DNA of 64,000 bases, taken from contig OZ024750.1 of the NCBI GenBank assembly GCA_964016885.1, positions 32,922,001-32,986,000 of the forward strand, written 5' to 3'. The notes beneath the pieces were generated by a model. The model did not search any database. It was not told where the DNA came from and saw only the letters and a list, made by a program, of their open reading frames with translations. Of the stretch, positions 13,944 to 27,214 are shown one piece after another. The translations under genes and the position numbers were made by a program. The DNA comes from Eledone cirrhosa. Lineage: Eukaryota. Positions within the stretch are counted from its first letter, which is position 1. Each line of letters starts with the position of its first letter.

Positions 13944-14130
13944 GTGGATTGGCAGTATCGCTGGAGGGTAGGACGCCATGATTTTCAGCGTAGAGTTACG
14001 TCCCTTTACGGTCTGAGTTCAAATCCCGCCGAGGTTAACTTTGCCTTTCATCCTTACCGGGTCGATAAAATAAAGTACCAGTAATGTACTGGGTAATTGC
14101 TGGCCTTGTGCCAATAGTAGAAACAAATAT
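13944..14130 (+). mobile_element. tRNA-derived SINE, family A
   Basis: A-box-like TGGCAGTATCGG, B-box GAGTTCAAATCC, body CTTTGCCTTTCATCC...GTAGAAACAA; more than 10 copies in the window. Confidence 0.9.
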
Positions 14131-14154
14131 CATACACACAGACACACACAACGT

Positions 14155-14400
14155 GCGTGTAGGTATGCATGTGTATAGGTGTATGTAGGTATGCATGTGT
14201 GTAGGTGTATGTAGGTAAGCATGTGTGTAGGTGTATGTAGGTATGCATGTGTGTAGGTGTATGTAGGTATGCATGTGTGTAGGTGTATGTAGGTATGCAT
14301 GTGTGTAGGTGTATGTAGATATGCATGTGTATAGGTGTATGTAGGTATGCATATGTGTAGGTGTATGTAGGTATGCATGTGTGTAGGTGTATGTGTGTAT
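14155..14400. repeat. 26-bp minisatellite
   Basis: Unit TGTGTGTAGGTGTATGTAGGTATGCA. Confidence 0.9.
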
Positions 14401-14530
14401 GTGTATGTATGCGTATGCGTATGTAGGTATGCATATGTGTGTATATCTGTGTGTATATGAGCATGTATGGGTGTGTATATGTATATACATATGATGTAGC
14501 TGTGTGTATATGTATACATAGGGGGTATAG

Positions 14531-14578
<48 letters not shown>

Positions 14579-14664
14579 GAGTGTAGGTGGGTGTGTGTAT
14601 ATATAATGTGTGTGTGTAGGTGTCTATATGTATACATGTGTGTGTAGGTGTGTATATGTAGACG

Positions 14665-15233
14665 TATGTGCGGGAGAGAAGGCTGCGATGGTATGGACAT
14701 GTGATGAGCATGGAGGATAACCGCTGTTTAAAGAAGTGCCAAGAAATCCCAGTAGAAGGAAGACTCAGTAGAGGAAGACCACGAAAAACATGGGCAGAGG
14801 TGGTGAGAGCTGACCGCAGATTGCTGAAACTCACCGAGGAGATGACGAAGGACCGTGACAAGTGGAGAGATGCTGTGCTTAAGAGGACCTGTCCCAGTAG
14901 AAGGAAGACTCAGTAGAGGTAGACCACGAAAAACATAGGCGGAGATGGTGAGAGCTGACCTCAGATCACTGAAACTCACCGAGGAGATGACGAAGGACCG
15001 TGACAAGTGGAGAGATGCTGTGCTTAAGAGGACCTGTCCCGGTAGAAGGAAGACTCAGTAGAGGAAGACCACGAAAAACATAGGCAGAGATGGTGAGAGC
15101 TAACCTCAGATCACTGAAACTCACCGAGGAGATGACGAAGGACCGTGACAAGTGGAGCGATGCTGTGTTGAATAGGACTCGTCCAACCCTTGCAAGCAAG
15201 GAAAAGCAGACGTAAAACGTTGATGATGATGAT
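14665..15233 (+). mobile_element. RTE-clade LINE 3' end with an internal 145-bp triplication and (GAT)n tail
   Basis: RERRLRWYGHVMSMEDNRCLKKCQEIPVEGRLSRGRPRKTWAEVVRAD; units start at 14748, 14893 and 15038. Confidence 0.9.
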
Positions 15234-16326
15234 GTGTACATAAGTGTGTGTATATATATATATGCATAGGTGTGTGTATGTATACATAAGGGTGTAGGTG
15301 CATACATGGATGATTGAGATTGTGTGTATGTGCGTATGTATGTACATGAGTGAGTTTGTATGTGTATTATGAGTATTAGTGTGTTTCTGTGTGTGTGTGC
15401 GTGTGTGTGTATATATGAGTGTGTTTACATGTTTATTTTGTGTATCAGTGTGCTTTTCTGTGTGTGTAAGTGTGTATATATGACTGCGTGAGGCAATGTG
15501 TTTCACATTTTAGCGTGTTTTGCTGTGTGTGTATGTGTGTGTGTACAAGAGTGAGTTTGTGTGCATGTGTGTATGTGTGTGCATGTGTGTATGCATGTGT
15601 ACATGTGTGTATGTGTACATGAGTGAGTTTGCGTATGTTATGTGTAATAGTGTCTCTGTCTCTCTCTCTACATTCGTGTGTATATGTGTGTGTGTATATA
15701 TATGTGTGTGTGTGTATGTGTGTGTATGTGTGTGTGGGTGTAAATATGTGTGTATGTATGTGTGTGTATGTGTGTGTATGTGTGCGTGTGTGTGTATGTG
15801 TGCGTATGTGTGTATGTGTGTGTGGGTGTAAATATGTGTGTGTGTAGGTGTGCGTGTATGTGTGTGTATGTGTGTGTATGTGTGTGTGGGTGTAAATATG
15901 TGTGTGTGTGTGTGTATGTGTGTGTGTGTATGTGTATGGGTGTATATGTGTGTATGTGTGTGTGTGTGTGTAGGTGTGTAAAGGTGTGGGTGGAATTGTA
16001 AAGTGAAAAATCCGTAAGAGGGGGGCTGAAAGACTGATTAGACAAGTGTGTGGAGTTCTGGAGTGATTGGATAGGATAGAAAGTAAGTTAGTAGCTGCGG
16101 GAGGTAGCTATAGAGAGAGGATATATTATAGTACTACATGTAGGAGGTCGTGTATGGGGGGAGTGGGGGAGGGGAGAGGAGGAGGGAGAGGTAGAGCGGA
16201 ATGGAGAGGTGTAGAGGAATGGTGAGGGAGATAAAGTGGTGGAGAGGGAGATAGAGGAGTGGAGAGAGGGATGGACAGGGAGAGAGGTAGAAGGGGATAG
16301 AGTGGGAGGTGGGAGATAGATAGAGG

Positions 16327-16391
<65 letters not shown>

Positions 16392-17092
16392 AGAAAGAGG
16401 GATAAAGAGGAAGATAGAGATGTGATATATTATTATATGTAGGTTATGATGGGAGATAGAGGGGTAGAGGGAGATAGAGAGAGAGAGGGGGGGAGATGAG
16501 GGGAATAGAGGAATAGAAAGAGAGATACATACATAGAGGTAGAGGGATATATATATATATATATAGAGAGAGAGATAAGGATGAGAGAGAGACAGAGGGA
16601 GATAATATCAGTGAGGAGCAGGAAGAGCAGAAGGAGAAATAGACATAATCAGAGAGGGAGGGTAACAGAAAGAGTAAGTAGAAAGAGAAGAGAGAGGGAG
16701 AGGAGAGAGCAAGAGGAGAGAGAGAGAGAGAGGGAGAGAGCAAGAGAGAGAGAGAGAGCAAGAGGAGAGAGAGAGTGAGAGAGAGCGAGAAGTTTAGAGA
16801 AGAACAAAGAAGAGGGGGGGGAGTGTTTGTGTGATATACAGTAAATAGAAAGAGAATGAAACAAAGAAAGAGATGATGATGATGATGATGGTGGAGGGGA
16901 AGGTATTGGTGGAAAGAATGGAAGTGATGGTGTTGGTATTGGAGGCAGTGGTGGTGGCAGTAGTGGTGGAGTACAGAGATCAATACATCAATAGAGGTTT
17001 AGAAATATATGTTGGAACATAAGACAGATAGTAAAATAGAACATGGAGTAGAAAGTTCGAAGTGTGATATATAATCAGTACATCTAAATAAC

Positions 17093-17178
<86 letters not shown>

Positions 17179-17200
17179 TCTCTCTCTCTCTATATATATA

Positions 17201-17483
17201 TATTATCAAGAAAACGAAAAATCAGTGATGCATCTGGACTTAGTTTATTTCGTGTTACAAATGTTTCGCAGGCATGTAGCTCGAGTCATGGTCTTTGTAT
17301 GGATTTGGCTGATTCTACTTCTGCGGGTTCTTTCAGACACGGGTGTTATGTCCGGAGAAAATGTTATCACTGTGATAAAAGTCCAGATGCATCACTGATT
17401 TTTCGTTTTCTTGATAATATATACACTCTACTCTGATGAATATCGAGTGCTAATTTTGGCATACCGCTTACCACTATACACAG
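17201..17483 (+). mobile_element. Fold-back insert: arms 17201-17241/17379-17419, degenerate minus-strand hammerhead in the spacer, tail hairpin 17424-17449
   Basis: 41-bp inverted arms. The minus strand reads CGTGT-CTGAAAGA..GCAG...CTGC-GAAAC-ATTT-GTA-ACACG then AATAAA. (TA)n flanks. Confidence 0.7.
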
Positions 17484-17490
17484 ATATATA

Positions 17491-17550
<60 letters not shown>

Positions 17551-17559
17551 GATATATAG

Positions 17560-18118
17560 TAATAATAATAAATGTAAAGACTAAAATCCAAAAGGGACTC
17601 GATAAGGATAAATATATATATCAAATACATAAGAACCTTAGAGCAAATATTTATTAAAATAACAGATTAAAGTTTAAGCAAAGAATTGCTGCTTTCACAC
17701 TTAACGGGATCTTTAGATCCTTGAATTTAGGCAATTGCTATTGAGTAAATTTCTCAGGATATTGATCCTTTCTTCAATGCACAAGCCACAAGATGTATTA
17801 CCCCTTGCGTATGGCTTGGACTTAGTGATAGCTTTCCATTGAATGGAGTAGTCTACACCTGAGTCTTTGAGGGATCATACGTGGCTCGCGAGCTTCGTGG
17901 ACGACCATTTGTCCCGATGGTTCAGGAAGCGTTCCTTAAATCGGCCCGCTACAATACCCACATAGGATTTAACCTCTTGTTTTTGATTTGGTCGGTTGGA
18001 AGTGACCACAGCTTCATAAATTACAGCGGGTGTGTTGCATTGTTGTTATTGAAGGGGACAAGCTTCAGGCTTTCGGCAAGAGCATCCTGGTGGAGTGCTG
18101 CTCTTAGGGTCGTTGGTG
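17560..18118 (-). pseudogene. Second, unrelated PLE GIY-YIG endonuclease remnant with 3' flank, between (TA)n tracts
   Basis: Manual translation GCSCRKPEACPL*..CNTPAVIYEAVV...SYVGIVAGRFKERFLNH...TKLASHV*SLKDSGVDYSIQWKAI...PYARGNTSCGLCIEERINI...LNSR. Confidence 0.85.
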
Positions 18119-18202
18119 GTGTGTATATATATATAAAGACAAAAAAGCAGATTTTGCTTACTTCCTATGCCTATAAATGTAATTCATTATTTCTGTTTAT
18201 TT

Positions 18203-18373
18203 CGGTGGATTGGCAGTATCGGTAGAGGGTCGGACGCCATGCTTTCCAACATAGTTACGTCCCTTTATGATCTGAATTCAAATCCCGCCGAGGTTGACTT
18301 TGCCTTTCATCCTTACGGGGTCGATAAAATAAAGTTCCAGTAATGCACTCGTGCCAAAAGTAGAAACAATTAT
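18203..18373 (+). mobile_element. SINE family A
   Basis: High identity to the 56713 copy. Confidence 0.9.
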
Positions 18374-18536
18374 TTCTGTTTATTACACACATCTTGAATT
18401 AATTTATAATTAGTTGCAAGCCCTACACTGAATAATGCTTTGATTAGATGTAGTATGTATGGTTAAAAAATGCCAAGGATATATGTATATCTATATCTAT
18501 AGACATACAGAGTGTGATACATAGATATAATGCATT

Positions 18537-18588
<52 letters not shown>

Positions 18589-19215
18589 GATAGAACCAGA
18601 TAAAACTAGTTAGACCATTACTCAACAGAGTACTTGATACTTGGGATAGTTGCGTATGGCTACATTTTAAAGAGTCAACGCTCGACAGCTAGTTCAAGAC
18701 TGGGACTATATCATAATCACTGTTTTTACGTTCGTTCTTCTACGCTAGCATTTAGACAGGTTGTCCTGTTGTGGGCAGTGTCCAGTCGGCTGACCTTGGC
18801 TTGCTCATACGGGAACTGATACTGGCTTGATTTCTACAGCTGGATGCCCTTCCTAACACCAACCTCATTTTTACAGTGAGTGCTGAGTGCTTTTTCCATG
18901 GCGCCTAACTATAAATCTAACTCAAAATGGAAAGGTTATAGAGAAGGCCAAAATAATTATTGAAAAATTACCGGATGTGTAACAAAAGAAGTTTGACAAA
19001 TAAATAAACACCACTTTCTAAATAATAAATGGAGTAGTTAGCTGATTAATGATAAACATGGAGTGAAACTAAACTGGTGCTAGTGTTTTTTTTGGGCAGC
19101 ATGATCTTCTGAAATTATAACAATATCTGTTTCAACAAACGATTTCATTTCACTACATGAATCTTGCAAACAAGTACCAAAAGCCAAATAGTATGGCTTC
19201 ATGGTAGTACTGGTA

Positions 19216-19407
19216 ATAATTGTTTCTATTTTTGGTACAAGCCATTAATTATTCCAGTGCATTAGTGGTGCTTTATTTTAGTGACCCCATAGGGATGAAA
19301 GGCAAAGGTAACCTCAGCAGAATTTGAACTCAGACCGTAAAGGGCCGTAACTTTGTGCTGTAAAGCATAGCGTCCAACCTTCTACTGATACTGCCAATCC
19401 ACTGCCA
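19216..19407 (-). mobile_element. SINE family A
   Basis: Reverse-complement copy. Confidence 0.85.
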
Positions 19408-19674
19408 ATTAATGTAGTACTGGTAATGATAATATATAGGTAACGCTTTTGTTAAATACTGACTTGGTCTGTAAGACTCAAATATAGTGAGGGACGGAGA
19501 AAAAGATTTGAAAATCCGTATACTTAAAACATTCGCATACTATGTGAATGAGCGCTCAATACTTGTAGAGAATGTATGAATTTTGTTTTCTCATTTGGAA
19601 AGTGGCAGTAAATTTGAAGTTTCATGCTGGTTGATTAATATGGCTGCTAGATAGAGAAACAGATAGATAGATAT

Positions 19675-20750
19675 ATTTCTTTATTAGCCACAGGGGCACA
19701 AAAGAAGGGGACAAATACAAAGGGGGAAGTTTACATACAATAAAAACGTGTAAAATGTTATCACAAATGGAATTTAAAAAGTTAGTCGATTTTCCCCAAT
19801 AGAGGGAGACAGTTTATATGGGTAACACATACCCCCGAAAAAAAATGTGCAACCCTCATCTCCAGGAGTACGAAGAGCTTGTACTCTTTTCCTCTCCTCC
19901 TCCTTTTCCTCAACCTACAGGCTGATATAGAGAGAAGGCCCATTCACTCGGGCCATTCTCGCCACTTTCACCCACCTTTCATAAAACTTGCTGGGGTACA
20001 GCACCTCTCTCTCCATCCTGATTCTTCTTCCAAAGTGGTATTTGAAAAAAACAATCAGTTGTTGGCCGGAGAGAAAGGTGTCTGACCTCAGCCCTTTCAA
20101 CCTTGTCCACCATACAACCTCTTTCGTCATAGCTATCACACAAAGGAAAACCGCCTCTCCTTCGTTTTTGAAGGAGGGTGGCGGTTTGATCATGACAATG
20201 GACTCGGTGGTCAACTGGATTGGTCCCACCCGCGACAATAGTCGTTCTACATAGCCCCACAGGTCAGTGACGCCCGGGCAGTATATGAATGCGTGCGCGA
20301 CGGTTTCTTCGTCTCGCACGCACCTCGGACAGATCTTTTTTGCAGGGTCCCTGCCCGGGCGCCCATGTCTGTAGAGCTTGTCTCGAACTGGTAGAGCTCC
20401 TCGGTAGCACTGCCAGGCCAGGGACTTTTGGAAGTTGTCCATCGGTCCCGGGCGGAAGGTCCTACCGAACAGACTGGCCAGTTCATCTTCCTCTACGCCT
20501 AGAGTTTCACCGAGCGCGTCGTCGCACTTGCTGCGGACCAACCCTCTATAGAATGACGAAGTGGAGTCTCCACTGATCGCCGTGTCCGCCTGCCAGAGGG
20601 CTGTGAGCGCCTGAGCACATTTGATGTGCCAGTCGCCCATTTTCCTCGGTCTTTGCTTGACCCAGGACTGCAGCTCGGTCAGCGAGACGAGTCGTGGGAA
20701 GGCTCGCCTCACAAACGGGGCCCACACCGATTGTCCGGTGAGGAATACGT
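19675..20750 (-). mobile_element. Tx1/L1-like LINE 3' fragment (zf-RVT C-terminus) in (GATA)n
   Basis: MDNFQKSLAWQCYRGALPVRDKL...CPRCVRDEETVAHAFIYCP; the 3' end reads GCTAATAAAGAAATA then (TATC)n. Confidence 0.9.
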
Positions 20751-20777
20751 AGAGATAGATAGATAGATAGATAGATA

Positions 20778-21175
20778 ACTTTCTTTTTATTTGCCACCAG
20801 GGCATCAAAAAGTGGGACAAGTACAATGGGGGTGGGGGTGGGGGGTTTACATAACAAGGCGTCCTCAATAAGGAGGAGGCAAAAACAAGATATAAAAATA
20901 AAATAAAATATAACAAAATAAATTTTATAACAAAATCCTCAATAGGGAGGAGGCGCCTTGGGGATCGCCCCCCCCCCGAAAAAAAGTGTACAGCCCTTCT
21001 CCTCGGGAGCACAGAGAGGGGGTGCTCCCTTGATCTTTCATCTTCCTCACCTATAGTCTGATGTAGAGTGAAGGCTCATTCACACGGGTCATTCTCGCCA
21101 CTTTCACCCATCTTTCATAAAAACGGCTGGGGTGCAGCACCTCTCTCTCCATCCTGATCCTTCTTCCGAAATGAT
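20778..21175 (-). mobile_element. Tx1/L1-like 3' fragment, copy 2
   Basis: Homologous 3' end and UTR, bounded by (GATA)n. Confidence 0.8.
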
Positions 21176-21210
21176 ATCATATAGATAGATAGGTAGATAG
21201 TCAAATAGAT

Positions 21211-21255
21211 ATGTTTCTTTATTGGCCACAGGGGCACAAAAGAAGGGGACAAAAG
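21211..21255 (-). mobile_element. Tx1/L1-like extreme 3' end, copy 3
   Basis: TTTCTTTATTGGCCACAGGGGCACAAAAGAAGGGGACAAA matches the end of copy 1. Confidence 0.75.
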
Positions 21256-21380
21256 TCAGATAGATAGATAGTTAGATAGATAGGTAGATAGATAGATAGA
21301 ATTGGTAGATGGATATATAGAAAGATAGATAGGTAGATAGATAGATAGATAAATTTGGTAATGGATATATAGAAAGATAG

Positions 21381-21728
21381 GTGCAGTCTGAGACTGACCC
21401 AGGTTCTGCTGCATGTCGGGCTGAGGGGGCCAAACTCCTCAAATACCGGTCGCTCTTCGACGGGTCTGCGGTCGTTCCTCTGGCAGTGGAAACTTCTGGT
21501 GTCCTCGGTCCCAGGGCTACCTACTTACTCACCACCATAGGCGCTGAGCTGGCCAGCCGCAGGTGTGAGCCCCGCGAGTTGGAGTGGCTTTTCCAGCGCG
21601 TCTCCTTTGCCGTCCTCCGGGGAAACGCCTTCTCCATTCTGTCCGCCGGGGCTGTGGGTGGGCCCCATCGCGTACCAATACATTAGTTAAATACCATTCT
21701 TTCATCTGATACAACACAATAGAGTAAC
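21381..21728 (+). mobile_element. CRE-like non-LTR retrotransposon 3' fragment (RLE C-terminus) in (GATA)n
   Basis: AEGAKLLKY...VVPLAVETSGVLGPRA...WLFQRVSFAVLRGNAFSIL. Confidence 0.85.
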
Positions 21729-21840
21729 TGATAGATAGATAAATAGATAGATACATAGATTCATCTGTTAGATAGATATCTTTCAGAGAATTAGTTAGAC
21801 AGATAGAGAGATAGCCAGTTAGAAAGATTGACAGATAGAT

Positions 21841-22465
21841 ATATTTCTTTATTAGCCACAAGGGCGCACAAGAAAAGGGGACAATACAAAGACATGCCGG
21901 GGATTTTACATACAGTCGTGTAAAAAATATAAAAACAAACAATTACAACAATCGAAATCCCCAATAGGGGGGAGGCGCCACAAATGGGTTGTTTAATACC
22001 CCGTCGATAGAACAACCCTCAACTCCAGGAGCGTGTTGTGCAGTTTCTCCTTTCTTCCTTTTGCTCTCTTCCTCAACCTATAGACTTATAAACAGAGAAG
22101 GCCCAATCACTCGGGCCATTTTTGCTTCATTCACCCAACTTTCAGTAAATTTACTGGGGTGCAGTGCCTCTCTCTCCACCCTGATTCTCCTTCTAAAGTG
22201 ATACTTAAAGAAGGGAATCAATTGTTGTCCGGAGAGAAAGGCATCTGTCCTCAGTCCTCTCAACCTCGTTCACCATATAACTTCTTTCACCATAGCGACC
22301 GTACAGAGGAAAACCGCTTCTCTTTCGTTTTTGAAAGAGGCTGGCGGTTTGATCCTTACCATGGACTCGGCAGTCAACTGGATTTGTCACATACGCGACA
22401 GCAGTTGTTCTGCATAGTTCCACAGGTCAGTTACGCCCGGGCAGTGTACAATTGCGTGCAGGATT
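21841..22465 (-). mobile_element. Tx1/L1-like 3' fragment, copy 4 (divergent subfamily)
   Basis: HCPGVTDLWNYAEQLLSR...FLSGQQLIPFFKYHFRRRIRVERE. Confidence 0.85.
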
Positions 22466-22486
22466 GACAGATAGATAGATAGATAA

Positions 22487-22536
<50 letters not shown>

Positions 22537-22537
<1 letters not shown>

Positions 22538-22918
22538 TGTTTCTTTATTAGCCACAGGGGCACAAAAGAAGGGGACAAATACAAAGGGGGAAGTTTACAT
22601 ACAATAAAAACGTGTAAAATGTTATCACAAATGCAATTAAAAAAGTTAGTCGATTTTCCCCAATAGGGGGAGACAGTTCATATGGGTAACACATACCCCC
22701 GAAAAAATGTGCAACCCTCAACTCCAGGAGTACGAAGAGCTTGTACTCCTTTCCTCTCCTCCTCCTTTTCCTCAACCTACAGGCTGATATAGAGAGAAGG
22801 CCCATTCACTCGGGCCATTCTCGCCACTTTCACCCACCTTTCATAAAACTTGCTGGGGTGCAGCACGTCTCTCTCCATCCTGATTCTTCTTCCAAAGTGG
22901 TATTTGAAAAAAAGAACC
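22537..22918 (-). mobile_element. Tx1/L1-like 3' fragment, copy 5
   Basis: Nearly identical to 19675-20050. Confidence 0.88.
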
Positions 22919-23164
22919 AGATAGATAGATAGATAGATAGATAGATGGATAGATAGATAGATAGATAGATTGGTTGATAAGGAGAAAGAGAGGCAGTGAG
23001 ACTGAGTGAATGGAGAGGTAGCATGTGCAAGGAAGTGAGTAGGTATATTTAGAAACAAATGGTAAAATATTATTGGGGGAATGAAAGAAAGATTGAGACT
23101 TGGAGATTTTTATAAAAAAATATGACCAAGTCGGAATATATGAAAGTAAAGAGAATAGAGAGAG

Positions 23165-23809
23165 GGTGTGAGTGTGACGGTTAGCATGAGTGAGGATGTG
23201 GGTGTGTGAGTTAGTGTGAGTGAGTGATAATGTGTGTGTATGAGTGTGTGAGGGTTAGTGTGAGTGAGTGATAATGTGTGTGTATATGAGTGTGTGAGGG
23301 TTAGTGTGAGTGAGTGATAATGTGTGTGTATATGAGTGTGTGAGGGTTAGTGTGAGTGAGTGATAATGTGTGTGTGTGTGAGTGTGTGAGGGTTAGTGTG
23401 AGTGAGTGATAATGTGTGTGTATGTGAGTGTGTGAGGGTTAGTGTGAGTGATAATGTGTGTATGTGTGTGTGTGAGGGTTAGTGTGTGTGTGTGTGTGTG
23501 AGGGTTAGTGTGAGTGAGTGAGAATGTGTGTGTGTATGAGTGTGTGAGGGTTAGTGTGAGTGAGTGATAATGTGTGTATATGAGTGTGTGAGGGTTAGTG
23601 TGAGTGAGTGAGAATGTGTGTGTGTATGAGTGTGTGTGAGGTTTAGTATGAGTGAGTGATAATGTGTGTGTGTGAGCGTTAGTGTGTGTGTGTGTGTGTG
23701 TGAGGGTTAGTGTGATTGAGTGAGGATGTGTGTGTGTGTGTGTGAGGTTTAGTATGAGTGAGCGATAATGTGTGTGTGTGAGGGTTGGTGTGAGTGAGTT
23801 AGAATGTGC

Positions 23810-23860
<51 letters not shown>

Positions 23861-23941
23861 TGTGAGTGTTAGTGTGAGTGAGTTAGAATAGGTGTGTGTG
23901 TGTGTGTGTGTGTGTGTGAGGGTTAGTGTGAGTGAGTGAGA

Positions 23942-23979
<38 letters not shown>

Positions 23980-23980
23980 G
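23165..23980. repeat. GT-rich compound minisatellite (GAGGGTTAGTGTGAGTGAGTGATAAT(GT)n)
   Basis: Read directly. Confidence 0.9.
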
Positions 23981-24069
23981 AGAAACTGCAGTAAAGTGTT
24001 GAATCAAAGTTGTATGTCTGCAACTTTATGTAGCACCACCAAACTGTGCTTCAACAGCTAATTTAACCC

Positions 24070-26103
24070 ATCACCAGCACAACCTACAGTACCGCCGCCA
24101 CCACCACCACCATCACCACCACCATCACCATCACCAACACCACCATCACCAGCACAACCTACAGTACCGCCACCACCACCACCACTATCACCAGCACAAT
24201 ACAACCTACAGTACCACCACCAGCACCACCATCACCACCATCACCAGCACAACCTACAGTACCACCACCACCAGCACCACCACCACCACCATCATCACCA
24301 GCACAACCTACCACCAACACCACTACCACTATCACCCCTACCACTATTACCACCACCACTACCACCACCACTACCACTATTACCAGCACCACTACCACCA
24401 CCATCACCACCACCACCGCCACCACCACTACCACCATTACCAGCACCACTACCACCGCCACCACCACCACCACCATTACCAGCACCACTACCACCGCCAC
24501 CACCACCACCACCACCATTACCAGCACCACTACCACCACCACTACCACCACCACCACCACCATTACCAGCACCACTACCACCGCCACCACCACGACCACC
24601 ATTACCAGCACCACTACCACCGCCACCACCACCACCACCATTACCAGCACCACTACCACCGCCACCACCACCACCACCACCATTACCAGCACCACTACCA
24701 CCACCACTACCACCACCACCACCACCATTACCAGCACCACTACCACCGCCACCACCACGACCACCATTACCAGCACCACTACCACCATCGTCACTATCAG
24801 CAGCAGCAGAAACAGCAGAAGCACAACCAAAAGGAAAAGTAGCACCATAACAGCAGCAGCAGTAGCAGCAGCACTATCACCACCACCATCACCAACAGCA
24901 GCACTATCACCATCACCATCACCAACAGCAGCACTATCACCATCACCAGCAGCAGCACTATCACCACCACCATCACCAGCAGCAGCAGCACTATCACCAC
25001 CACCATCATCAGCAGCAGCACTATCACCATCACCATCACCAGCAGCAGCACTATCACCATCAACATCACAACAGCAGCACTATCGCCATCATCAGCAGCA
25101 GCACTAGCATCACCAGCACCAGCAGCAGCAGCACTATCACCATCACTAGCAGCAGCACTATCACCATCACCAGCACCAACAGCAGCAGCACTATCACCAC
25201 CACCATCACCAGCAGCAGCACTATCACCACCACCATCACCACCAGCAGCACTATCACCACCACCATCACCAGCAGCAGCACTATCACCGCCACCATCACC
25301 ACCAGCAGCACTATCACCACCACCATCACCACCAGCAGCAGTATCACCACCACCATCACCAGCAGCAGCACTACCACCACCCCCATCATCAGCACCAGCA
25401 CTATCACCACCATCATCACCAGCAGCAGCACCATCATCAGCAGCAGCACTATCACCACCACTATCAGCAGCAGCAGCACTATCACCACCACCATCACCAG
25501 CAGCAGCACTATCACCACCACTATCACCAGCAGCAGCACTATCACCACCACCATCATCAGCAGCAGCACTATCACCACCACCATCATCAGCAGCAGCACT
25601 ACCACCACCCCCATCATCACGAGCAGCAGCACTATCACCACCACCATCACCAGCAGCAGCACTATCACCACCACCATCACCACCAACAGCACTATCACCA
25701 CCACCATCAACAGCAGCAGCACTATCACCACCACCGTCAACAGCAGCAGCACTATCACCACCACCGTCATCAGCAGCAGCACTATCACCACCACTATCAC
25801 CAGCAGCAGCACTATCACCACCATCATCAGCAGCAGCACTACCACCACCCCCATCATCACGAGCAGCAGCACTATCACCACCACCATCACCAGCAGCAGC
25901 ACTATCACCACCACCATCATCAGCAGCAGCACTATCACCACCACCATCACCACCAGCAGCACTATCACCACCACCATCAACAGCAGCAGCACTATCACCA
26001 CCACCGTCAACAGCAGCAGCACTATCACCACCACCGTCACCAGCAGCACTACCACCACCACCATCATCAAGAGCAGCAGCACCACCACCACTAACAGCAG
26101 CAG
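24070..26103. repeat. CAC/CAG/CAT trinucleotide-based compound array
   Basis: Read directly; 30-bp higher-order unit CAGCAGCAGCACTATCACCACCACCATCAC in the right half. Confidence 0.95.
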
Positions 26104-26204
26104 CATTACAAATATTTTCTGGAACTTGATCATCATCATCATCATCGAGATCAGTATAAATGTCATCATCATCATTATCAATTACAATAGCATCAAAACT
26201 ACTG

Positions 26205-27170
26205 CATACATCTATATACATCTCACTCTACACACATCTATATACACCTCACTCTGCACACATCTATGTACACCTCACTCTACACACATCTATATACACC
26301 TCACTCTACATACATCTATATACATCTCACTCTACATACATCTATATACATCTCACTCTACACACATCTATATACATCTCACTCTACATACATCTATATA
26401 CATCTCACTCTACATACATCTATATACATCTCACTCTACATACATCTATATACACCTCACTCTACATACATCTATATACACCTCACTCTGCACATCTATA
26501 TACACCTCACTCTACATACATCTATATACACCTCACTCTACATACATCTGTATACATCTCACTCTACATACATCTATATACACCTCACTCTACACACATC
26601 TATATACATCTCACTCTACACACATCTATATACATCTCACTCTACATACATCTATATACACCTCACTCTACACACATCTATATACACCTCACTCTACACA
26701 CATCTATATACACCTCACTCTACATAGATCTATATACATCTCACTCTACACACATCTATATACATCTCACTCTACATACATCTATATACACCTCACTCTG
26801 CATATCTATATACACCTCACTCTACACACATCTATATACATCTCACTCTACATACATCTATATACATCTCACTCTACATACATCTATATACACCTCACTC
26901 TACACACATCTATATACACCTCACTCTATACACATCTATATACACCTCACTCTACATACCTCTATATACACCTCACTCTACACACATCTATATACAACTC
27001 ACTCTACACAGGACTATATACACCTTACTCTACACATACCTATATACACCTCACTCTACACATAACTATATACACCTCACTCTACACACATAACTATATA
27101 CACCTCACTCTACACACATAACTATATACACCTCACTCTACACACATAACTATATACACTTCTCTCTGCA
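26205..27170. repeat. 26-bp minisatellite
   Basis: Unit CATCTATATACACCTCACTCTACACA. Confidence 0.97.
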
Positions 27171-27214
27171 CACTTAACTGTAACAATCAATATTTCCCCT
27201 AAAATCCCACTATA

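Noticed and set aside
18587-18650. Possible degenerate tail hairpin on the minus strand next to (TA)n
   Set aside because: It has TT-GAGT at the right distance, but the 5' strand (ATCC) does not pair well, so it was not counted.
19915-21012. 365-aa ORF as an intact gene
   Set aside because: It is a chimeric read-through from one LINE UTR across (TATC)n into a truncated LINE.
23165-23980. GGGTTAG motifs as telomeric repeats
   Set aside because: They are single motifs within a GT-rich unit, not tandem TTAGGG.
24797-26221. 474-aa Gly/Asp/Ala-rich ORF resembling a structural protein
   Set aside because: It is a trinucleotide-derived array open in several frames, starts inside another minisatellite, and has no splice or homology support.
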